A stretch of 64,000 bases of DNA from an uncultured Chthonomonadaceae bacterium (GTDB taxonomy: Bacteria; Armatimonadota; Chthonomonadetes; Chthonomonadales; Chthonomonadaceae): the NCBI GenBank assembly GCA_963835065.1, contig CAWIEK010000002.1:160001-224000 (forward strand). The letters are read 5' to 3'. The position numbers were made by a program, and so were the translations under genes. The notes beneath the pieces are model-generated. The model was not told the origin of the DNA. It was given only the letters and a program-made list of their open reading frames with translations, and made no database searches. Shown piece after piece: positions 1 to 9,638 of this stretch (its first letter is position 1; each line of letters starts with the position of its first letter).

Positions 1-315
1 TGAATCAGTCTCGTTTATGGAGGAGAGTGAAGCAGGGGGAAACGCTGAAGAGGTTCCGTTAGCAGACTCAGCATTGCCCATTGCCGTTTGCAGGGGAGCA
101 GAACGGGATACAGACAGCGCTCCGACGGCATACGTGAACTTGCTCGCGCCTTCCTCAGCCTCGATTTGAAGGGAGCGAAAATCCGTATCCGGCTCCTGTG
201 TCAGCGCGGCCTCGGCAGGGGAAAGTTCCGCGTCCGCAAGAGACGCGGCAGCATCCGCAGAAACAATAACATCGGCGCAGTCGCCCGTGACCGCGCCGGA
301 AGAATGGCTTGACAT
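1..315 (-). CDS. hypothetical protein, 5' part (runs off window start)
   Basis: ATG at 315 with AAGGT upstream; frame open to position 1 (MSSHSSGAVTGDCADV...), acidic Ala/Ser-rich. Confidence 0.5.
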   Translation of the reverse strand, partial: MSSHSSGAVTGDCADVIVSADAAASLADAELSPAEAALTQEPDTDFRSLQIEAEEGASKFTYAVGALSVSRSAPLQTAMGNAESANGTSSAFPPASLSSINETDS

Positions 316-589
316 AAAAATACCTTGACAACATGAACAACGTGAAACGGGTTGAAACAGAATGAAATGGCTGGAAATCAACCGCCAAACACAGAATGAG
401 GCTGCATGGCTGTAGGTGTAAAAAGCAGCGCAAACGTCCTGTCATAATACGCTTGAAAACATCAGGAAGTTCAGGCAAAAAGCGGGCGCGGCAAAGGAAA
501 CTTCGGAAAATCAGCCTCGCGCTCAAAAATAGGGGCTGAAAACCGGGAACATTTGTGTACCTGTTTGCGACAAACCCGCAGTTGAAAAG

Positions 590-700
590 AGACAAGAGAA
601 GACGGAAGATGGAAGACAGGAATATGGGAATATAGGAAGCCTAAACACCAAATACCTGAATACCTGAACACCTGAACACCGAACACCGGATACCGAACAC
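590..700. repeat. short tandem repeat cluster: purine block, then (CCTGAAYA)n/(CCGAACA)n block
   Basis: gaagacggaagatggaagac ... cctgaatacctgaacacctgaacaccgaacacc, directly before the RBS AAGGAG. Confidence 0.85.
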
Positions 701-713
701 AAGGAGCAAAACC

Positions 714-1235
714 ATGAGCAGCGCTCAGACAAAAGAAACTGCAAGCCATAATACGGCACACGACCATGCCCGCCATCAGGCCGAGGACGAAGTAATTTCA
801 CATGAGAACCGCGACGATCCGCAAAACGACAATGCGGGCCGCAGCGAAAACCTGCGCGACTCCCCCCTGATGGCTCGCCTGCTCGACGCGCTTGAGGAAG
901 GCACGGATATCGGGCGCTATGGACAATTCACGTTTGTCGCGGTTGTGCGTCATTTCATGGACGAGGATGAGATCGTGACGCTGCTTTCCAACCAACCGGG
1001 CATGGACGAGGAACAGGCGCGCGCCCTGTATATTCAGGTGCGGGAACACGACTACAACCCGCCGCGCCGCGAACGCATTATCGAGCAGCAGGCGCATCAG
1101 GAGTTCCAGATCATTCCTGAGGGCAGCGATCCCGATATGGGCAACGTATACCGCGAACTGCGCTTCCCCGACGGCCTGTACGACCATATCAACCACTATT
1201 ACGAGGATAAGGCGGAAGCGGAAGCAAAGGCTTGA
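714..1235 (+). CDS. hypothetical protein resembling primase PriL C-terminal/PriX-like helical domain
   Basis: AAGGAG RBS; PLMARLLD...G..IGRYGQF...DEIV.LL...PGMDEE...YNPP pattern. Confidence 0.75.
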   Translation: MSSAQTKETASHNTAHDHARHQAEDEVISHENRDDPQNDNAGRSENLRDSPLMARLLDALEEGTDIGRYGQFTFVAVVRHFMDEDEIVTLLSNQPGMDEEQARALYIQVREHDYNPPRRERIIEQQAHQEFQIIPEGSDPDMGNVYRELRFPDGLYDHINHYYEDKAEAEAKA

Positions 1236-1657
1236 CAAATGAAGCCACTATAATTAATCTGCATGGAGTAACACAAGACAAGAAAACGTCCCTCCTTCCT
1301 ATATGGAAGGAGGGACAATCAAGCAGCCTATTTGCGTGTATTCGCGTGTATTCGCGGCTAACTTCTCTCCTAATGCAGCGGCGAGCCTGCGCCGGGTATT
1401 TCGGGAACCACTTTGGGCACGGAAGGCGTCAATAGGAATTCGACAACTCGCGCTTCCGCTTCCTGCTGCCATGCAGTTAAGGCATGGTCACTATCTATGC
1501 GGGCGCTACCATTCTTCTTTTCCAACAGGCTTACCAAAGCTTTCTTCTCGCGCCTGATAACACGGGAGGGGTAAGGCCCTGTGTGCCACAATAGGGTGAG
1601 ACAAAATCCCGTACACGAAATAGTGTAGAGTGCCAGGGCGGAGAATGGAATTTTCAC

Positions 1658-1924
1658 ATGAATACGCCGTTGACAGACAGCGCCCACTTCCCGCAGCGCT
1701 TTGCCAGCCAGGAGGAAGCCCAGACGTTCTGCCAGAACTACTTCATCTGGTACAACACGCGCCACCACCATACCGGCTTGGTGCTGCTCACGCCCGAACA
1801 GGTGCATTTGGGGGACGCGCCCAGGTTACTGGCGCAGCGGCAAGTCACGTTAGATGCCGCCTATGCCGCCCGTTCCGCCCGTAATCAGGCACACTTTGCC
1901 GCGCATAAATTGCTCCAGAAGTAG
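1658..1924 (+). mobile_element. IS3-family transposase C-terminal remnant
   Basis: FPQRFASQEEAQTFCQNYFIWYNTRHHHTGL.LLTP matches the end of an integrase core; N-terminal part absent. Confidence 0.75.
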
Positions 1925-2028
1925 TCAGTAGTCAGTAGTCAGTAGAAATGCCCGTCTACTCACAGATTTACAATAGCAACCGGCCTATAGAAGAAGGTTC
2001 CTCTACTGACTACTGACTACTGACTACT
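1920..2028. repeat. inverted pair of heptamer arrays (AGTAGTC)n / (GACTACT)n
   Basis: 1920-1945 is the reverse complement of 2003-2028. Confidence 0.95.
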
Positions 2029-2399
2029 TCTCTACTCACTTCCAGCAAGTTGCCGTCAGGATCACGGAAATAGAGGGATTCAATCGGTCCAAGCGCGCCT
2101 GTCCGCAAAACAGGGCCTTCCAGAATAGGAACATTGTGTATATGAAGTCGCGCCGCCACCTTGTCAAGCGGAAGGGAAGCGAGAAAGCACAAATCGGCGG
2201 AACCGGGCGTGGGCTGCGCGGCTTTCGGCTCGAATTCTTTTCCTGCCTGATGCAGATTGATCTTTTGTTGCCCGAATCGCAATGCCTTACGCCCTTCGCC
2301 AAAAGTGACAATCTCCATGCCCAGCACATCGGCATAAAACGCGCAAGTTGCTTCCATGTCACGCACAGTCAAGACAAGATGATCCAAGCGGTCAATCAT
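2010..2399 (-). CDS. VOC/glyoxalase family protein
   Basis: LDHLVLTVRD...FY..VLG and SLYFRDPDGNLLE motifs. Confidence 0.93.
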   Translation of the reverse strand: MIDRLDHLVLTVRDMEATCAFYADVLGMEIVTFGEGRKALRFGQQKINLHQAGKEFEPKAAQPTPGSADLCFLASLPLDKVAARLHIHNVPILEGPVLRTGALGPIESLYFRDPDGNLLEVSREVVSSQ

Positions 2400-3063
2400 G
2401 TGCTTGCGTCACACCTTCCTGCAATTGCGGAGCATCGGGGAAATACTTGATTCGCATGATGCGCAGCCATGCCCGCCAGCCGGCAATCGCCAACCCCAGG
2501 AAAATAACGTACAGCGCCGTGCTGAAATATAAAGGGGGATTGGAGTGAGGAAAAAGATAAAAGGCGTAGATGACATCGGCGGCAATCCACAAGGCCCAGT
2601 TCTCAATGATTTTGCGTGATTGTAAACACTGCGCCACAATACTGAAAGCCGTCGTAATTCCGTCGGCTGCCGGGCTTGGATCAGCCCAAGCAGGCGTTCG
2701 CATGGCATGAACAAGGATGATGCTTAATACAAGCGTAATGCCCGCCCATATCCACCGCGCTTTCGACGAAAGCGGCAGGATGGGCAGGTCATCATCCCGG
2801 TTCGGCCCGCAACGCAGCCATGCCCACCATCCATAAATAGAAAGCGGCAGAAAACAGAACACTTGCAAACCGGCGTTGGCGTAATACTTGTAATCGCGGA
2901 ACACAATCGCGTATAAAATCACGGACACGATCCCCCAGGGCCACGTCCAGATGTTGTTGCGCACGGCCAGAATCACGGAAATCAGCCCCGTAAACGCGGC
3001 CACCGCCTCCATCCAACTCATTTTCTGAACTTCGTTCCAAAAAGCGACTAGAATCGAGTGCAT
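2392..3063 (-). CDS. pnuC: PnuC-family nicotinamide riboside transporter
   Basis: multi-TM; NNIWTWPWGIVSV, IYGWWAW and KIIENWALWIAAD motifs; start at ATG 3063. Confidence 0.9.
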   Translation of the reverse strand: MHSILVAFWNEVQKMSWMEAVAAFTGLISVILAVRNNIWTWPWGIVSVILYAIVFRDYKYYANAGLQVFCFLPLSIYGWWAWLRCGPNRDDDLPILPLSSKARWIWAGITLVLSIILVHAMRTPAWADPSPAADGITTAFSIVAQCLQSRKIIENWALWIAADVIYAFYLFPHSNPPLYFSTALYVIFLGLAIAGWRAWLRIMRIKYFPDAPQLQEGVTQAHD

Positions 3064-3199
3064 AGTGTTCCTTTGTTTACGGGTTTGCGAAAATCTGCCG
3101 GAAACGGAAAACGGATTGTTTTGATGCGATATGCCGCGAACCGCGTATAGATGCCGCCGTGTGCTTCCTGACCCCTGACCCCTGAAACCTGACACCTTC

Positions 3200-4123
3200 C
3201 TACTGAGCGCACGGCAGAGGCATCGGCCCGTCGCCGTAGCCGCCGTTATCGTCGGGCATGGCCGGGTACGTCCATAAATTACGCGCCGACCAGTTGTAGA
3301 CGTTGTGGCTTGGGCCACCCTGACAGGCGGGGAAATCTTCGCCCGCGCTGTCGGCTTCGCGCGCAATGAAAAATTTGGCGTGGCCGTCCGCGAAACTCAG
3401 GTTGCCGCCCTTGCGAAAGACCGCTCGCCAGCGCAGTTTGTTATCAAAGTCCGATGATTGCAGCGTGTTCCAGTCGCAGCCGAAACTGTTGCCGAACGCG
3501 GACGTGGCCTGATTCAGCGTGAACGCAACCGTGCTTGCCGGCTGATTGATTTCCGCCAAAGTTGCGGGCGTGTCAAGAAGTTTACCGTTGGGCGTGTGGG
3601 TATAGGTATCCGGGTCGAAATCGAATGGGTAGCTGCCGTCGCAGCCCAAAAACCAGTTCATCTGGTAGGTGTTGGTCAGCGCCATGCCGTTGGAGGTGGC
3701 GCAGGCATCCGTGAACCACGTCGCTTTGTCGGGCATCCAGGGCGAATGGAAAATCCCTTTGCTCTTGGCGTAGGGCAGCAGGCGCAATCCCCAGCCCTGC
3801 CAGGGGATGCCGGGCGCGGGTTGGGTAGGATTGGTATAAGGCGTCACGCTCGGATCGTTCCACGAGCCGACGGCAACCCACCGCTCATCGTAGTCCTGCG
3901 CGTACATCGTGGCCGTCAGCCCGATTTGCCGAATGTTGGACATATCCTGCGTGTTGCGGGCGGAACCGCGCGCCTGCGCAAAAACAGGAAACAGAATCGC
4001 CGCCAGAATGGAAATAATGGCGATCACCACGAGCAGTTCGATCAAGGTGAAAGCGGTGTTCAGGTGTTCGGGTGTTCGGGTGTTCAGGTAGTGGGCATCC
4101 TGTTGTTGATATTGGTGGTACAT
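3200..4123 (-). CDS. prepilin-type N-methylation / DUF1559 protein with H-X9-DG-like C-terminus
   Basis: [49 protein letters not shown]; octamer repeat encodes YLNTRTPEHLNT just before FTLIE. Confidence 0.92.
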   Translation of the reverse strand: MYHQYQQQDAHYLNTRTPEHLNTAFTLIELLVVIAIISILAAILFPVFAQARGSARNTQDMSNIRQIGLTATMYAQDYDERWVAVGSWNDPSVTPYTNPTQPAPGIPWQGWGLRLLPYAKSKGIFHSPWMPDKATWFTDACATSNGMALTNTYQMNWFLGCDGSYPFDFDPDTYTHTPNGKLLDTPATLAEINQPASTVAFTLNQATSAFGNSFGCDWNTLQSSDFDNKLRWRAVFRKGGNLSFADGHAKFFIAREADSAGEDFPACQGGPSHNVYNWSARNLWTYPAMPDDNGGYGDGPMPLPCAQ

Positions 4124-4436
4124 GGCGCGTTTCTTTGCAGCCTCGTGTTTCCGGTATGTACAGCATACCTCATATTGAGAAGACGTTTGCAGTCCTGAGC
4201 AGGGTTCACGGTTCCTTTTAGTCAGGACAACGGCCATGCTCAGAAGGTTGCAATTAGGCTTGTTCTGTGTTTATTTTGTCCCATTCTGCGTGACAGCAGC
4301 GTGACAAAACACAGGCTTCTGCATGAACAGAGGATTGCTTTCTTAACGGAAATGGTGTGTAAGGCAAACGCTTTGTTAATGGGGCATCAGGTTGGCAACA
4401 TGGAGTAGTTGGGTCAATTTTGAGAAATGGCGTTGT

Positions 4437-5318
4437 TCAGGCAGGTTTGACGCGGCGGCGTTGTTTGTCTCGGATAGTGAGGGTTTCGGCGCGAAGCTCG
4501 TGAACGTGGCTGCGAAAAGCTTCCGGGTGCGCGTCGTTTGGAATGGGGTATGCAAGCGCCTGCTCACGGGCATAGACTGCCGCGCGCAGTTCCTTCCGGT
4601 ACTCCGGCAAAATCTGTATTTCGCCGTCGCCGTCTGTGCCAATGTGATTTTTGTTCTGAAACGCGAGAGAGAGCCAATCACTATGGCTGCTGTTGGCTTT
4701 GCGCTGCTGAATGCCCAAATGGTAAACGGAAAGCGCCTGATGCCGGAGAATGTCGGATGGCGCGGTGTAACACACAAAGCCGCCCCAACGCCGCATTTGC
4801 TCGTGTTCCCACAAGCCGCGCCCATAGGTCCACAAAGCCATCATATCGTCACTTTGCCAGAATTGGTGTTCGTCCTGCGCGGCTTTGTCCAGCCCGAAGG
4901 TCAGCCAGCGAACCGTTTGCGCAGACGCGCCGGGATGGGCAAGCCGCGCTTTCAGCAGGCGCAGCGTATCCTCGCACAAAGCCGTTGTGTCACAGGGCGC
5001 AAGTAAAATGGGGTCGGACGGGTCGGCGTCAAAGGGTGTGGGGCGCAGATGCTCGCCATAGAGCGCAATCAGCGTATTGGGCTGGCGCTGATACGCCAAT
5101 CCCCACAACAAGCGTCCTAACAGCCGCGCGCCCGGCATATCGGTGATAATGTGCCAGGTATTGTGAAAAAAGTTCGTGCTGAACGCTGCCTGCGTTCCCG
5201 GTCTGAGCGTGAGAACGCGGTACGTATGCCCGCTAAGCGTGAACAGGCGCAAATGCAGTTTCATGCGCGCATCGAATGTGGCGGCGTTGCCGGTACGCTG
5301 TTGTTTGTGCTGTGCCAT
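4437..5318 (-). CDS. hypothetical protein
   Basis: 293-aa ORF with GGAGG RBS, co-oriented with its neighbours. Confidence 0.75.
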   Translation of the reverse strand: MAQHKQQRTGNAATFDARMKLHLRLFTLSGHTYRVLTLRPGTQAAFSTNFFHNTWHIITDMPGARLLGRLLWGLAYQRQPNTLIALYGEHLRPTPFDADPSDPILLAPCDTTALCEDTLRLLKARLAHPGASAQTVRWLTFGLDKAAQDEHQFWQSDDMMALWTYGRGLWEHEQMRRWGGFVCYTAPSDILRHQALSVYHLGIQQRKANSSHSDWLSLAFQNKNHIGTDGDGEIQILPEYRKELRAAVYAREQALAYPIPNDAHPEAFRSHVHELRAETLTIRDKQRRRVKPA

Positions 5319-5378
5319 AACGGAAAATGCCTCCGTCCGCTATATCGCCGCGCCAGACAACTTTGACAAACAGCGTTG

Positions 5379-6902
5379 CTATATTTCAAACTGCCCGAAC
5401 AATCGTTTCGACAATTCCGTTTGCAGCAGGTTTTCGGGATCACATTCGCGTTTGAGTGCCGTGAATTGGCGCAACGTATCCGAGCCGAGATAGGTGGCGG
5501 CGCTGGCGTTGTCCAGAGTGCTGTCTTTGGCGAAATAAAAACGCCCGCCCGCTTCCAAAACCAGTTTGTTCAGTTTTGCCGTGAGCGCCCACAGGCGTTT
5601 GCGATTGCGGGCGGTGACGGGGAAATCAAGGGCGAACGAGTAGCCGTCTACCGCATGGGACATCAGAAAATCGTCGCGCCGATGCCGCTTGAACACGCCG
5701 AGATAGGGAACAATGCCCTCGCGCTGGCACAGCCTGATTTGCGCCGTAAAGCATTTTTCCGCGTTGGCGGCAGGCACGAAACTCTGGTACTGAATCAGTC
5801 CGCCCGGCTTGTACACCCATTTCCAGTTGGGAACGTAATCCAGCAAAAACGCGAAGCCCGCATGGGACTGCTTGACCCATTTGCGGTTGCCAATCGTGCT
5901 GCTGGCCGTGTACTTGGCCCAATTAAGCAGTTTCATGCCCCAATCGCAGCTAAACGGTTTCATCAGCCGCCACATAATAGATTTGGGAATTAAGCCGAAC
6001 AGCGTATCCGGCAATTCCTGATTTTCCACGCGCAGGGTTTGGGTCGGATTCGGGTCATCGCCCTCGCGCAGATAAAACGCTTCATGTACCTGCCCCCTGC
6101 CGATTTGATTGCCTTTTGCAAAGCAGTCTATCCAGCCGACAAGGTAATCCGCCTTGTCCATACGAGACTCGAATTCCCGGATGATGTCGGCAAAATTGCG
6201 GGTCGAAAACGCATACACGGACAACAGGCCGGAATGTACCTTTTTCATTTGCAGCACGATGCGCGTAAAGCAACCCAACATGCCGAAACTGCCGATGGCG
6301 GCGAAAAACAAGTCTGCGTTTTGTTCGCGGCTGCACGTTACCAGTTCGCCTGCCGGCAGCAATAAATCAAATTCAAGCACATGGTCGCCAACTGGCCCCA
6401 TCTTAAAATTGTTCTTGCCGTGAAAGTTCATGCCCAACGCGCCGCCCATCGTCACGGTCATGGTTCCCGACACGACGGGAGGCCACCAGCCGTCACCCAC
6501 GACATACTGCCACAACTGCCGCAGTGTGGCGCCCGGTTCAATCACAATCACGCCGGTCTGCGGGTTCCAGTCCAAAATTCGGTTCATGCGCGTCAGGTCG
6601 AGGCAGACGTTTTCACCCGACAGGGAAGCGTCGCCATAGCTGCGTCCCGCGCCCCGCAGTCCCACTTTCAGGCCATGCGTCCGCGCCGCGTCAAACGCTT
6701 CACGGATGCCGTCAAGGGTCGTCGGACGGTAAACGTAGGAAAGGACAGCCTCGTTCATGCCCCACGTTTCCACGCGCTCCAGGCGTTCCAGAGGCATAGG
6801 CGGGCGCAAAGTTGCTGCCGTATGGACACAGGGGGGTGTGTTGATTACGGATTGTGGTTCCGAGAGCAGAACAGTAGGCTGTATGGCAGACAGTTCCATC
6901 AT
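5379..6902 (-). CDS. FAD-binding oxidoreductase, DprE1-like
   Basis: RGAGRSYGDAS, GT..VTMGGA....HGKN, GGRFYFAKDS; adjacent to a DprE2-like SDR. Confidence 0.9.
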   Translation of the reverse strand: MMELSAIQPTVLLSEPQSVINTPPCVHTAATLRPPMPLERLERVETWGMNEAVLSYVYRPTTLDGIREAFDAARTHGLKVGLRGAGRSYGDASLSGENVCLDLTRMNRILDWNPQTGVIVIEPGATLRQLWQYVVGDGWWPPVVSGTMTVTMGGALGMNFHGKNNFKMGPVGDHVLEFDLLLPAGELVTCSREQNADLFFAAIGSFGMLGCFTRIVLQMKKVHSGLLSVYAFSTRNFADIIREFESRMDKADYLVGWIDCFAKGNQIGRGQVHEAFYLREGDDPNPTQTLRVENQELPDTLFGLIPKSIMWRLMKPFSCDWGMKLLNWAKYTASSTIGNRKWVKQSHAGFAFLLDYVPNWKWVYKPGGLIQYQSFVPAANAEKCFTAQIRLCQREGIVPYLGVFKRHRRDDFLMSHAVDGYSFALDFPVTARNRKRLWALTAKLNKLVLEAGGRFYFAKDSTLDNASAATYLGSDTLRQFTALKRECDPENLLQTELSKRLFGQFEI

Positions 6903-6921
6903 AATGTTTTCTAAAGGTTCA

Positions 6922-7140
6922 CTACCGGACACGTTTAGCCGGGCATTGAAAATACCCGTCTGAATGGCGTTCCGCGTTGGGACATAACATGTTATGTCCA
7001 GGGTCTGCACGCCATGGACATAACATGTTATGTCCCTACGGACGCGATCCACTTACATAGAGGCATTTACGTCCGTAGGACGTTCAGCCGCAGGCTATTC
7101 AGACGGTGGGTTTCAACCACCGGAAAAATGTGTCCGGTAG
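6922..7140. mobile_element. MITE-like palindromic element, copy 1, with a nested REP doublet at 6976-7039
   Basis: 11-bp terminal IR ctaccggacac/gtgtccggtag; homologous to 39749-39951. Confidence 0.8.
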
Positions 7141-7145
7141 CTAAT

Positions 7146-7964
7146 CTAAAAATTCAGCTTCTTAAAAATGGCGGACGGGATGTTGCGGATGATGAACATG
7201 ATTGGCTGCCACTTCCAGGGCACGTAAGCCGTGTGCTTGCCGGCGCGGGCGGCGGCAAGAATGGCTGTCGCCGCAGCATCTGCGGAAATCAGCAGGGGCT
7301 TTTTCGTGACCTCTTTGGTCATGGGCGTATCTACGGGACCGGGCTTGATGGTGACAACAGAAACCCCATACCTGCCGATGCGATTGCGCAGGGCTTCCAG
7401 GTAGGTGTTCAAGGCGGTTTTGGACGCGCCATACGCCGGGTAGCCTTTGCGCCCCCTGTCCCCAGCAACCGAAGATATGCCGACAATGGTTCCCGCCTGC
7501 GCCCGCTCGAATCGCTGCGCGGCCTCGTTCAGCCAGGCAATCGCGCCCAATACGTTGACTTCTATCGTCAGCAAGTCTTTGTCAAAAGCGTACTCGTTCT
7601 CCTCAATCAACGGCATCACGCCCGCCGCATAGATAATCAAGTCCAGGCCGCCTAAATCATGCGTAATTTGCTGAAACAGGGCGGGTACGCAGGCATACTC
7701 GCGCGCGTCATGGACATACGCCCGCGCCAACAGAGAGGGTGTTGGGTGTTGGGTGTTGGGTGTTGGGACAGTCGTTTGGGCGCGAGGCGTGGACTCTGAG
7801 CCTTTTGCCCCGTTGATGTCGTCAACGATACGCGCCAGTTCCGATTCGCGCCGCGCCACCAGCGCCACCTGACAGCCTTCCCGCGCCAACTGCCGCGCCA
7901 GCGCCTCGCCCATTCCCGACGACGCGCCCACGATGATTGCCCGCCGCCATGCCGTATTGGTCAC
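7146..7964 (-). CDS. short-chain dehydrogenase/reductase, DprE2-like
   Basis: GASSGMG, SSVAGDRGRK, YGASK, KPGPVDTPMT; likely GTG start at 7964 after GAAAGGA; repeat-derived insert PTPNTQHPTP. Confidence 0.9.
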   Translation of the reverse strand: MTNTAWRRAIIVGASSGMGEALARQLAREGCQVALVARRESELARIVDDINGAKGSESTPRAQTTVPTPNTQHPTPSLLARAYVHDAREYACVPALFQQITHDLGGLDLIIYAAGVMPLIEENEYAFDKDLLTIEVNVLGAIAWLNEAAQRFERAQAGTIVGISSVAGDRGRKGYPAYGASKTALNTYLEALRNRIGRYGVSVVTIKPGPVDTPMTKEVTKKPLLISADAAATAILAAARAGKHTAYVPWKWQPIMFIIRNIPSAIFKKLNF

Positions 7965-7980
7965 AAGTCTCAATCCTTTC

Positions 7981-8080
7981 GAGGCATTAGGCATTAGGCA
8001 TTAGGTATTAGATACAAATCCCATCTGTCTTTTGTCTTTCGTCTTTATCCTAATGCCTAATGCCTAATGCCTAATGCCTC
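7981..8080. repeat. inverted pair of heptamer arrays (GGCATTA)n / (TAATGCC)n
   Basis: 25-bp perfect inverted repeat between two co-oriented genes. Confidence 0.95.
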
Positions 8081-9011
8081 ACCCGGTTTGCGCAATTTGC
8101 AGCAGGCCGTCCGCGCGGGATAGCAGCGCGTCGCGTTCCTGCAAGATGCCGAGCCAGCGGGCGGGGATGCTGGAATAGCCGTAGTACGCGCCGGCCAATG
8201 CGCCCGTGACGGCTCCGACCGTATCCGCGTCCGCGCCCCGGTTTACAACCGCGATTAGCGCGGCTTCCAGTGTTGTCGTGTGCAGGAACGCCCATACCGC
8301 CACTTCCAGCGTGTCCAGCACGTAACCGGTGGGCGAGGTGTCGTTGCGGGTTTCCTGCGCGCGCCGAAACCGGGCTTTCAAGCCTTCCGAAGCGGCTGCG
8401 CAGGCTTGCTCCGCGCCCGCGATAGCGGCTTCTTTCGTCGCGCCCATGAGCAGCAGGGCAATGGCGACGTTGAGGAATACGCAGCTTTGCTCACAGTCGG
8501 CGTGGGCATGGGTAATGCGCGACAGCACGGGCGACAGCGTAGCGACATAATCGGGATGGCGATAAAAGAACAGGGCAAGGGGCGAACAGCGCATCAGCGA
8601 ACCGTTGGGAGCGTTGTTGGGGTTGGCGGCCTGCGCTTTCGTACTGGCTTCTTCCCACCCGATGCCCCGCGCAATGTCGCTCAAAACCGTTCGCGTATGG
8701 TTGCCCACATCCGGCGGATTGGACTGCAGCCAGGCGACAAAACGCCGCGCAATATCATCGGGATCGAACACGCGGCGCTCCAGAAGGCTGTCTACGGCGC
8801 ACAGCGTCATCTGCGTATCGTCCGTCCACGCGCCGGGAGCAAGGCGCAGCCAGCCGCCGCCGATCATATCGGTGACGTAGTTGTTCGGATCGCGCGCGGG
8901 CTGAAACTCCAGCGGAGCGCCGAGCGCATCCCCGACAGCCGAGCCAAGCAGCACCCCCCGAAACCTATCTTGCAGTTGTGGTTGTGATGACGCGAGCGGC
9001 GGTTGCGTCAT
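8079..9011 (-). CDS. ADP-ribosylglycohydrolase (DraG/ARH family)
   Basis: GSAVGDALGAPLEF, WTDDTQM, NGSLMR, GADADTVGAVTG. Confidence 0.95.
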   Translation of the reverse strand: MTQPPLASSQPQLQDRFRGVLLGSAVGDALGAPLEFQPARDPNNYVTDMIGGGWLRLAPGAWTDDTQMTLCAVDSLLERRVFDPDDIARRFVAWLQSNPPDVGNHTRTVLSDIARGIGWEEASTKAQAANPNNAPNGSLMRCSPLALFFYRHPDYVATLSPVLSRITHAHADCEQSCVFLNVAIALLLMGATKEAAIAGAEQACAAASEGLKARFRRAQETRNDTSPTGYVLDTLEVAVWAFLHTTTLEAALIAVVNRGADADTVGAVTGALAGAYYGYSSIPARWLGILQERDALLSRADGLLQIAQTG

Positions 9012-9030
9012 AAGCCGTTATCTCCTGCGG

Positions 9031-9138
9031 AGGAAAGAAAAGAAGAAGAGAAGAAGAGAAGAAAAGGAGACAGAAGACAGAAGACAGAAGAAGCGCAATC
9101 TTCAATGGATTCATCCTTCATCCTTCATCCTTCATCCT
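9031..9138. repeat. purine arrays (AGAAGAAG)n/(AGACAGA)n followed by (TTCATCC)n
   Basis: directly visible tandem units. Confidence 0.9.
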
Positions 9139-9147
9139 TTCCTGAAT

Positions 9148-9387
9148 TCACCGGGCAGTCTCCAGGTTTAGATATTCCTTCATCGCCTGATTGAGTTTTT
9201 TGCGATCATCCGGGTCGGCCATTTGCAAGCCGTAGTGGTTGATGTATAGAACGGCTTGATTTGCCCATTCATTATAGCACGTCGGGCAGACTTTGCTTTG
9301 TATGTTCTGTCCCAACTGCCCGCCGACGGGCGGCTCCGGCATCGCTTCGGCTTCCGCGCCGCACTTAACGCACGTAATTGTCGCCAC
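9148..9387 (-). CDS. Fe(II)-trafficking / oxidative damage protection protein (YggX family)
   Basis: C..C...AE.M..PP..G.LG..I...VC..C..EW......IN...L; GTG start after AAAGGAG. Confidence 0.8.
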   Translation of the reverse strand: MATITCVKCGAEAEAMPEPPVGGQLGQNIQSKVCPTCYNEWANQAVLYINHYGLQMADPDDRKKLNQAMKEYLNLETAR

Positions 9388-9638
9388 GTTTCCTGCTCCT
9401 TTTCTGATGCAAACGTTTACAAGCGTTCTTATCAATCCTCAATTCGTTCTGAAACTCCATACGTTCGGGCAAACCGCTTCGTTTGCCGCCACGCTTTCCG
9501 CGCAATGGATACAGGATTTTACCCGGCGGAAGGAGAAGATAAGAGATAAGAGGAACAAGCGCCCAACGCTTGTAACCTTAAAACCATAGAACCCTAAAAC
9601 CATAGAACCCTAAAACCCTGAACTCAAGGAGAATTCGC

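Noticed and set aside
1331..1360. 9-mer-like repeats (attcgcgtgt; related at 24358-24389, 28332-28362, 49566-49593, 35312-35340, 58153-58181)
   Set aside because: Probably another dispersed repeat class, but too short and degenerate for me to define reliably.
3064..3366. N-terminal extension of PnuC in the ORF track (likewise 6903-7052 and 49437-49652)
   Set aside because: The extensions run through repeats, a MITE or promoter DNA; better starts exist downstream.
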